Shown here: piece after piece, positions 48,847 to 57,849 of the stretch
Position numbering within the stretch: the first letter of the stretch is position 1
How the letters are laid out: each line of letters starts with the position of its first letter
Assembly: GCA_044892505.1 (NCBI GenBank)
Contig: CM097883.1
Location: forward strand, 135,413,116-135,472,000
Direction of reading: 5' to 3'
Origin: Schmidtea nova
Lineage: Eukaryota
DNA: 58,885 nucleotides
Notes under the pieces: generated by a model
Database searches by the model: none
What the model saw: only the letters and a program-made list of their open reading frames with translations
Told to the model about the DNA's origin: nothing
Made by a program: the position numbers and the translations under genes

Positions 48847-49482
48847 ATGGTCAAACTCGAAAAGCATACGGAGACACCCGCAGTCTCGCCGCCCGCGACA
48901 AAGGAGGGTCGCATCTTCCGAAGGAGACGACATACCCGATCTATCGTCAAGCAGGATTCTAAATCCGAAATTCAAGGGGAGAAGGACGCCCCACGACAAA
49001 TCGTCGAGATAGCGCGCCGACATCTGCGTCGATGAATGCGACGGCACATGAGTGTAGCCGCAAGCATCCCAGCCTGCGCGTTCCAGATACAACTTCGATG
49101 GGAGGGAGATGCCAATTGGGCGTCATCGTCGAACCCTCCGGAACGAAAATCTACCCAATGGTTTTATCAGTTCCTGGACGAATCCAATCAGCCCCGATGG
49201 TTACTAAGCTCGGAAGCGATGACAGGAAAAGCATTATATCAGCTTGGATACTTGCTGCTGGACAGGCCTCGGTGTGGCGACACTGGGGAAGTCCAAGTCT
49301 ACCCAAACGCTCCCGGAAGCGTCACGTTGGATCACCATCCGGAGCCCAAAGATCTTCGCCTATGGGAGGTATTCATATACCAGGGTAAGTTGAGCTGGCA
49401 CCCAGCCCCGGAGTTATACCACGAAACTGGGATCCGCCGAGATGAAAATTTCGCCGACCAGGAGCTACGGTCGTTCTGTTAA
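48847..49482 (+). pseudogene. ORF A-position gene, 211 codons with one in-frame TGA, Arg-rich N-terminus
   Basis: Track ORFs 48847-49035 and 49036-49482 are one frame split by TGA in HLRR*MRR (CGA>TGA plausible). TATATATA at ~48780 flanked by CTGATC/GATCAG; TTTAG acceptor 6 nt before the ATG. Confidence 0.6.
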
Positions 49483-49691
49483 TCAAGAGAAGGCCACACT
49501 CAGAAAATCAAAGGATCCAGTTCACCCCTGTTATAATTTAAAAATAAACGTTTAGTTGAATAGTGTTTCTGGTTTTGTTTTCGGAGTGTATGTGACGAAT
49601 ATAGGAGTAAAAATGGTTGATTGATTGTAGGAGCAAGACTAGAGAGACGGATAGATGTCCGCTACACTAATTAACGTCACATTTTATAGAT

Positions 49692-50246
49692 ATGAACGAG
49701 AACACTATCCGAGACTACAAACAGGAAGCACGCGAACACAAGGCACGCTCCAAGGTACTCGAGAGCCGCTTACATCAATTAAGCGCAGAACATCAAAGAA
49801 TAAAGACAACATGGTTCAACCCCGAGAGGATTAAAGCCATTTTACAGGCGAGGTACCGAGCAGAACAGGTTGCCGACGAGCAGGCGAGAGAAGTCGCCGC
49901 GTTAAAATTGGAATTAGCCAATTACCTAAAAGTCTCGACGCAAGAGTTTATTACGGAACAGTTACGCCCAATGATCAGGGCAAGTACCTTCAACAGATGG
50001 ATAGACTCAATAGCGGTCACTACCAGTACCCAAACCGAAACTGAAACAAATGTCACAACAACTACCGAGTCGATGAGGATAATCCCGGAAGGCTCAAAGC
50101 GGACAAAGCGACGAAACCGCCTCGGAGCCAAGAAACGTCGAGCCTATGCCGAACGCCTGGGCATCGAGGTTGATCTGCTCAGTGGACTCTCCGAGCAGGA
50201 ACTATTGAATGTGATCCGACCGTCGGTGTTGTTAAATTACAAATAA
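49692..50246 (+). CDS. ORF B paralog 6, intact 184 aa coiled-coil/basic protein
   Basis: Uninterrupted ORF; TATAG|atATG; WFNPERIK, LKLELANYLKVSTQEFI..MIRASTFNRW, RLGAKKRRAYAERL..LSEQELLNVIRP. Confidence 0.78.
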   Translation: MNENTIRDYKQEAREHKARSKVLESRLHQLSAEHQRIKTTWFNPERIKAILQARYRAEQVADEQAREVAALKLELANYLKVSTQEFITEQLRPMIRASTFNRWIDSIAVTTSTQTETETNVTTTTESMRIIPEGSKRTKRRNRLGAKKRRAYAERLGIEVDLLSGLSEQELLNVIRPSVLLNYK

Positions 50247-50412
50247 ACGTATTCTCATGAAATGACTTGATTTGTTTGCTTGTAGTATGTCTGAGTATTA
50301 AATGTAAGGTAAAACCTGATTCATTTGAGATTGTAGGTACTCTAATAACTGAATTAACCCTAGAGCAAAGGAAAGAGCGCGTTATAAAGGGACCGAAAGA
50401 AATCCACAAACA

Positions 50413-50621
50413 CCTTCTATCGGTAGTGGTGGACCCGTGAATAAACAAGGGAATAGTAGCCACAAGGTTGCTCACCTGCCTTGTCATTTCACAACGTTGA
50501 CACAGCACCAACATGATGAGTAGTTAGGGTGTCAGCGGGGGAATGTTTTTATGTTGGCGAGATCACCCTAACGTTTAACATCCTAATGATCTCAGTTGTC
50601 CAGCTAACCAACACACCAGCA
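50413..50621 (+). other. Conserved structured 3' cassette
   Basis: ACAAGG-GAATA-GTAGCC(ACAA)GGTTGC-TCACCTG-CCTTGT; crossing helices CGTTGACAC/GTGTCAGCG, CCAACAT/ATGTTGG and GTTAGGGTG/CACCCTAAC. Confidence 0.8.
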
Positions 50622-51199
50622 ATTTCTTGTTTCATTTTATAAATAATCATAAATTTTCAAGTATTTATACAAATTTATCTAAGATGTATGTGTGTATTAA
50701 TCATGAATTGCAACTTGATTGCAACTCATGAGCATGGACAACAAAAAATTGTAATACAACTATAAGTCATAAAACTACATGTCATATAGGTTATTTGTAA
50801 ACCCGTACATTTGAAACCTACCATATCCAATCTTAAACTACATTGTATTAACTATATAAAACTGATATTGTGGGGGAAAACATGTCATTTGTGAGTGCCA
50901 GTAATTAGTTATACATAGAAACCGCATTGATTTTCTCTAACAAGTAAGTTTTGGTCAACTGGTACTCAAATAAGCACTGACAATATTCTTTACTAAAATC
51001 ATCATAAAAATACTAAACAGGTGTGTTTTCACTAAACATGTATGTTTTCACCAAAATATATGTTAAATTATTTATATTAACAAATAAAATAAGCGAAATA
51101 GAGTTTACTACCCACCTAATAAAGATTCACAATAAAAATGTGATTTAATCATTGTGTTGACTTATCAGGTTCCTTTTTAATAATCAGATCAAATACCAA

Positions 51200-53420
51200 A
51201 TAAGGTTTTACATGAGAACTTTGTTATTCACGAGATCTTTGTTCTACATGAGAACCTAATTCTAAATAAGCACCTAGTTTTACATAAAAAACCTTGTTCT
51301 ATATAAGCACTTTGTGCCACATAAGAATCTTGTTTGATAAAATATACTTGTGCGCGCGTACAATTTACATATTTGGACATGTTTTACTCATTTGAATTTT
51401 ATCACTATGATTCAAAAGTTATTATAAGTTCAATGAAAACCTTTATATAGCATTTTTAACTAAACATAAAATATTACAGTAAATTAAAAAGCAAGTTATT
51501 TATATTTTAAAGTAAATTATAAAGTTTTTATCTAATTTATAAAGTTTAACTTAATTTATAAAGATTAAATCAATTTATAAAGATTTACAAGTTTTTTTAA
51601 AATATATTATATATATATATATATATATATAACATGTAATTTTGTTTATTTAAGTTTATCTAGTTAACAAATCTTAAGGACATTGGAAGAATATTTAAGA
51701 AACAAATCGAAACCAAATAGAATCGTTTCCTTTCGCATAATAAACGGTGATATTTAATTAATTATTTTTTTAAATTATATTAATAAATGAGGGTTAGGGG
51801 GGGAGGGAACATATTTATTCTCATTATCGTTAAAATTATTATTATAGTTACGTGGTGCGGTCAAAAAGTTTTCGGCCTACCTTACTTAACAAATTGATTT
51901 TTTAATGGAAATAAGTTTATTTTATTGGAAATTTATTGACAATTTCATTTTGAAAATCTTATTGACCTAATCCATTTACTTTATCTGTTGCAGATGGAAA
52001 TGTCGTTGCAAGTGCATTCGCTGGAAAAAATTGAGTATCGCAGTGCTATTCGCTTTTGTGTTCTTCTCGGCCAAACCAACCAGGAAATCATGGCAAATCT
52101 GAATCGAGCCTATGGCGAAAAGTGTCCCTCTCAGTCTACCATCAAGTTTTGGATTGCTGAATTCAAACGGGGTTGGCAAAGTGTGTCAGATGAGGAACGA
52201 GAGGGTCGACCAACGACTTCGAGCAATGAAGATGTGAAGGAAAAATTGGAGAAAATGGTACTGGAAGATCCCCGTATAACTACCAGGCAGCTGGAAGAAT
52301 CCCTACAAATATCACACGGCACCGTAGCGCAATTATTGAAAGACCTTAACTTCAACAAGGTGGTGTCTCGCTTTGTGCCTCGCTTTTTGACAACTGAGAT
52401 GTGCAATAACCGAAAGAATGCGTGTCTCATGAACCTCGCCATTACCGCAAGTATGGAGAAAGATTTATCCAAAACATCCTCACTGTTAATGAGACACCGT
52501 TGCCCCTACATCAGCCTGAATCAAAGCGGGAGTCATAATGGAGTGATCCTGACCGACTTTCTTGAGAAGGGACGGACAATCAGCGGAGAATATTACGGTA
52601 ATCTCGTTGAGCAAGCTCGTAGAAAGTGCCGAAAACCATATGGTCTCCCTCACTGGTTTCAACATGAAAATGCGCCAGTTCACACCAGCCGCATTGCCCA
52701 AGCAAAACTCAATGACTGTGGCTTCGAGATCATTAGCAACCCTCCATACAGCCCTGATTTGGCTCCCTCAGATTACTGCCTATTTACGTAATTGAAGAAG
52801 CAACTGCGGGGACAGTATTTCATGGATGCAGGCGATTTAGAGGAGGCTGTAAATCGGATTTTTGACCAGCTTCCACCCTCATTTTACCATGGGGCATTCG
52901 AAGCCCTCCCTGGTCGTTGGCAGAAGTGTGTCGATGCCGGAGGTAATTGATTCGAGAAGTAATGGTATTGGTGTTGATAAAAATATAGTTGTGGTTTCTT
53001 GCTTTTACTTTTTTCTGGGGTAGGCCGGAAACTTTTTGAACGCACCACGTATTATTATTATTATAGTAAAAATTATTATTATAGCTATTGTTAAGATTAA
53101 ATTATGGTTATTTTTATTATGTGTTTTCTTCTTACGGGTACATGATGATTATTCACAATAAAACTATGATTTTCATGTTTAATCATTGCCTTCGTTTACT
53201 GGGTTCTGGTTGAATAATCCGATCAAATTATTCCAAATAAATTCCTACATGAGAACCTTATTCTACATAAGCACCTTGTGCAACATAAGAATCTTGGTTG
53301 ATAAAATATACTTGTGCGCGCGTAGTATTTACATATTCAGACATATTTTACTATTTAAACTTTTATCACTCTATCATTCAAAAGTTCAATGAAAACCCTT
53401 ATAAATCATTTTTAATTAAA
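51200..53420 (+). repeat. ~200-250-bp direct repeats (about 51270-51440 and 53245-53400) on either side of the mariner
   Basis: Shared acatgagaacc..cataagaatcttg.ttgataaaatatacttgtgcgcgcgta..ttttatcact..ttcaaaagtt..aatgaaaacc. Confidence 0.7.
51851..53049 (+). mobile_element. Mariner (DD34D) element, internally deleted, 1199 bp
   Basis: 31-bp TIRs with 2 mismatches (51851-51881, 53019-53049) and TA TSD. Transposase 51988-~52960 with EYRSAIRF HTH, mutated ILTVNET, deletion after PESKRES, HENAPVH and PPYSPDLAPSDY. Confidence 0.95.
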
Positions 53421-53969
53421 ATATTATAGTAAAATAAAAAAATAAAATATAAGCTTTTAATAAAAACAATTTTTGTAAATACTTATAACTAAATGTTGTG
53501 TAAATATTTAACATTAATTATGTTTTTATAAATAATAATTACATTAAATTACAAAAGTATTTATAATAAATATTATAGGTAAATTAAATTTGTATATTGG
53601 TTTAATTAAATGTTTTGTTAATTTTATTAAACATATAACTAATTTAATGTTTAAGTAAGATATAAATTGTAATTAAATTATTTATAAATTGTAAATTATT
53701 TAATAATTTTAATGAATTTTAATTTTAATGAATTTTAATATATATAACCTTACTTACAGGTTCTAATGGACGTGTTCAATTTGTACATATGGCAACACAG
53801 ATATGCCATTGTGAAAAAACAATAAATCAAGAAACAAATGAATAATTGACTTATAGCCCCAATGGATGGTTGAACATGCGGAATAGACTCCAGAAATGGT
53901 ATTTTCCGGTGTGCACCTATGAGAACTGACCTAAATCCAGGCATTGTATCATGTGTGGAAGTATGGCAA

Positions 53970-54420
53970 CCAGGGTCATTGGATCAAGTAGAAACAGCCT
54001 TTGAACTGAACAATATCAAAAGTGAGAAAACAAAATATTTCCACTGAATTACAAGTCTTCTGCCACATGTTCTGGAAGAGCACTTGAACTCCACCAAGCC
54101 ACATCTCAAGCTTCTATACATGATGCTACGCAACCTTATTATCAAGGATTAAAATAAATTTGCGTCTAAAGAAGCTTTGCAATTATTGCAAAAACAAATT
54201 TTAAGAAACAGAAAACCCACTCAATTACTTCAGGAAATAAAGCGAAACCTTTCGATACTGGAGCCTGATTTCAAGACGAGAAACATTCTGAAGCATCAAT
54301 TTATTAATAGTATGGAGATACACATTCAACATCTGCAAATAACGACTAAAGGTGACACTGACGATTTGACAAATACAGCCGACGATCACGCATCTTTAGA
54401 AACTAACCAAAGTTTCAGTA
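53970..54420 (+). pseudogene. Gypsy gag remnant
   Basis: QVETAFELNNIKSEKTKYFH*ITSL..LRNRKPTQLLQEIK..LKHQFINSM; same type as 10300-10972. Confidence 0.7.
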
Positions 54421-55174
54421 ATTCAGAAGCCAGGAGATTAAAACTGAAGTTCATTTTTTTCTATCAGAATTACCCTCACTTTACTAACTGATATTCTTAT
54501 ATATTTGCACTTAAATAGTATTAGTTATCGAAGTGGAGTCATTTAAAAATTGTCATATGGTCTAATAAATCGCAATTATAAATTAATTAAAGAAGGTTGA
54601 TGTAGAGGGTGATTCTCAGTGATTCCCGACCGAGAATTCCTGGAAATTTTTAAAATTCTTCCCGTTTCCTGGGAAAAAAATAAAAATAAGTGGAAATATT
54701 TTACAAACAATTTGCTATAATTGTTATTGAACCTATTTAGTTTTATTATTTAACGAGTTAGTACGCTTTGTAATATGATTGTGCAGTCCTTTATATATTT
54801 ATTATGTATAAAGCATCCAGCTACACTTATAGTTGAAATCCCCGACATTGCATTTCTATCCCTATTTGATCGTGAAGCAAAAAATACGCATTTATGTACA
54901 TAAGTTAGCGATGAATTACGTTTCCACGTGTGATAATCAATTTTAAATAATATATTATCGTGACAGGTAGAGTTACGTGCGCGATTTTTATTAAAACTTT
55001 TATTAAGAGTTATTAAAATTATTGGGTAACATGGGTATTTATTCAGTTTTCTGTTTATATATCTTAAAGTAATTAATCAATCATTTGTTTATTAATTAAA
55101 TTATTTATTGACTAATTAAAAATTAATTAATCCATTTTGGTTTAAGACTCATCTGTCGGTTATGACAATATTTT

Positions 55175-55860
55175 GGGATCCGGACAAAAGGCCGACAGGC
55201 AAATGGTCACTCTACTTTTTCATATAAATTTCGTTCAGTAATCTAATTAGATAAGTTTATTTTTTATTGACAACTTAAACTTCGTTTATTGGAAAAAACT
55301 AGATACTTTACATAATTCATATTATTAGTATAAATGTATGCAATTCAATTTCGCTGTGTGAAATCAAAATTTGCTTTATTTTCCTTATTAATTCTGGGGC
55401 AACCACACCCAGAACGCAAAAAAACCATATGTAGAGAAGGACCAAAGATTGGCAACGATTGAAAATGACCGACATAGTAGAACAAGGTTAGAATTTTTAC
55501 GGGAAATAGCGTATAATTTAAGTTTTTAGATTTTATTGTAGAAATATTTTTCTGTATCTTTTTATTTAAATAAATGATGTTATTTTAATTGTTTATTGTC
55601 CTATCTACCTATACCATTACATGTCTATCCATAATAAATAACGAAATCAAATATCAACTTTTATAAGTAATTCAAAGTATACATGAGTATAAAATAATTG
55701 TTCAAAGTTCATTGTTAAGTATTAGGTGACAGAGTGCAACATGGAAGAGATATAAAAAAAGCATTTTGTTCATGTCGGCCTTTTGTCTAATCGGCCATTT
55801 GTCTATGTCGGCCTCCTGTCCATGTCGGTCTTTTGGTTTTCGGCCTTTTGTCGTAGACCC
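55175..55860 (+). mobile_element. Non-autonomous MULE (Mutator-like) element, 686 bp
   Basis: TIRs GGG..GACAAAAGGCCGA / TCGGCCTTTTGTC..CCC with tandem subterminal units; degenerate 9-bp TSD CAATATTTT / TAATATATT. Residual C-terminus KKPYVEKDQRLATIENDRHSRTRLEFLREIAYNLSF* (55390-55529). Confidence 0.78.
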
Positions 55861-56037
55861 TAATATATTATAGAAAAATCTGTTATAATCCTATTTTATG
55901 AAGTGTTCTTACCGCATGTTTATACATACATTATATATTGTAATCATATATAGTAATTATGCAAAAATTTTTTATGGTCATTTTTTCTAATTAAACTTTT
56001 GTAGAAAACAAATTTAATAAAAAATAAAACAATTACC

Positions 56038-56890
56038 ATGGGAGAATGTGTCTGGAAATGTTTCACAAAAGAAAAAGAAGCATCTGATAAGACGAAATGC
56101 ACAATGTGTCCATATAAGTTGTAAGGGAACTACTACTAGTAGACTTTTAAGACATTACAGCATATTCAAATTATAAATATATTGAGAAAAACATGACCAC
56201 TAAGTTGGTGGTCCATGTAACGCAAAAAAATCAAAAATCAATCGCTTATATTATTTTTTTAAAAAGACAATTCATGTCAGAAATGGTGGCAAGACTTGCA
56301 ACAGTTGATGGATCCTCAATTCATGGAATAAGTAAGAGCCAATTTATTTGGCAATCATTTCATGATAGGCAATATAATTTGCCCAAAACCAAAAAGAATG
56401 TAATGAAATTGATTCACGACTATTACAAATTTGCGCATTGTGAAATGGTGCAAAAAAATAAATGTCACAAAGATATTAATGTAAAATTCAGCTTAACTTT
56501 AGACGAGTGGACAAGTTTGTGAAACCAACGCTACTTAATTTAAATATACATTTCAATGAGCAGTATATTAATCCATGATTAATAAAAATTTTAAGAAGTT
56601 GCACAGCTGAGGAAACGGTGGAATATGTCAATTTAAAGCTGCTCGATTTTGGATTAGATTTATCTGATATAATTGCATCAACCACCGATGATGCTGTCAT
56701 TATGGTAAAATTTGGAGGATTATCTGGATACATTCACCAATTATGCTACAACCATGACATACATTTAGCTGTAATAGGTGTAATGTATAAAAAGAATAAT
56801 ATTGAAGAAAGTGAATATGTCTCTAGCTCAAATATTGCTGATTCTTATAGTGATAAATCTGAATATGAAGAAAATATTGGTGTGGTTAGT
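56038..56890 (+). pseudogene. hAT (BED-finger, Hermes/ZBED-type) transposase fragment
   Basis: VWKCFTK..KTKCTMC BED finger; KFSLTLDEWTSL*NQRY; IIASTTDDAVIMVKFG..HQLCYNHDIHLAV. Confidence 0.82.
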
Positions 56891-56899
56891 AGGTAGATG

Positions 56900-57845
56900 T
56901 GTGGAGTCAAACACAAAGAAATGAGTCATAATGCGTGGGCGTAAAAATTCAAACAAAGACTTTTTAGTTACCGAACCCCCCGGGGGGGGGGGGGTTCGCG
57001 CCAAATTTTTTTTTCGCGCCAAAAATTTTTTTTAAAATTTTTTTTTCGCGCCAAAAATTTTTTTTCAAATTTTTTTTTTCGCGCCAAAAATTTTTTTTTC
57101 AAATTTTTTTTTCGCGCCAAAAATTTTTTTCAAATTTTTTTTTCGCGCCAAAATTTTTTTTTTAAAATTTTTTTTGCTCCAAAATTTTTTTTTAAAAATT
57201 TTTTTTGCTCCAAAATTTTTTTTGTTCCAAAATTTTTTTTAACCCAAATTTTTTTCAAATTTTTTTTTAACACAAATTTTTTTAACCCAAATTTTTTTTC
57301 ACACATTTTTTTAACACAAATTTTTTTTAACACAAATTTTTTTTAACACATTTTTTTTTGACACAAATTTTTTTAACACAAATTTTTTTTTAACACAAAT
57401 TTTTTTAACATTTTTTTTTTTAACAAATTTTTTTTTAACACAAATATGAGTCATCGAAAACTTTGCAACACGTGTGGAGTCAAACACAAAGAAATGCGTG
57501 GGCGTAAAAATTCAAACAAAGACTTTTTAGTTACCGAGCCCCCCGGGGGGGGGGGGGGGTTTCGCGCCAAAAAAAATTTTTTTCAAATTTTTTTTTTCGC
57601 GCCAAAAATTTTTTTTCAAATTTTTTTTTTCGCGCCAAAAATTTTTTTTTCGCGCCAAAAATTTTTTTCAAATTTTTTTTTGACAAATTTTTATTTTTCA
57701 AAATTTTTTTGACAAATTTTTTTTTTAGACAAATTTTTTATTTTTTACAAAAATTTTTTAATTTAAGACAATTTTTTCTTTTTAGACAAATTTTTTATTT
57801 TTACAAAAATTTTTTAATTTAAGACAAATTTTTTATTACACAAAA
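56900..57845 (+). repeat. Two higher-order units of a GC head plus T-rich (aaatttttttcgcgcc / acacaaatttt) satellite
   Basis: Head tgtggagtcaaacacaaagaaatg..gactttttagttaccga.ccccc(g)n at ~56908 and ~57470, each followed by a T-tract array. Confidence 0.85.
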
Positions 57846-57849
57846 TTAG

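Larger units (their letters stand above)
47495..50621 (+). mobile_element. Complete 3127-bp TG..CA element with 4-bp TSD (same family as 22063-25172)
   Basis: ATTT|TGTTGGGCCAGCCAAAT ... CACCAGCA|ATTT (TSD 47491-47494 and 50622-50625). GATTGG 47867 / TATA 47895, predicted intron 47994-48070, ORF A, ORF B, 3' cassette. Confidence 0.88.

Noticed and set aside
50523-50572. Telomerase RNA template or telomeric repeats (TTAGGG, ACCCTAAC)
   Set aside because: Single hexamers only; CCCTAAC is confined to one copy, where it is simply a helix strand; no tandem telomeric array in the window.
5758-52795. Short antisense or alternate-frame ORFs overlapping transposase, RT, gag and exonuclease genes (e.g. 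5758-6111, 8986-9234, 30774-31037, 37546-37818, 52131-52472)
   Set aside because: Shadows of real coding sequence on the other strand or frame; no independent motifs.
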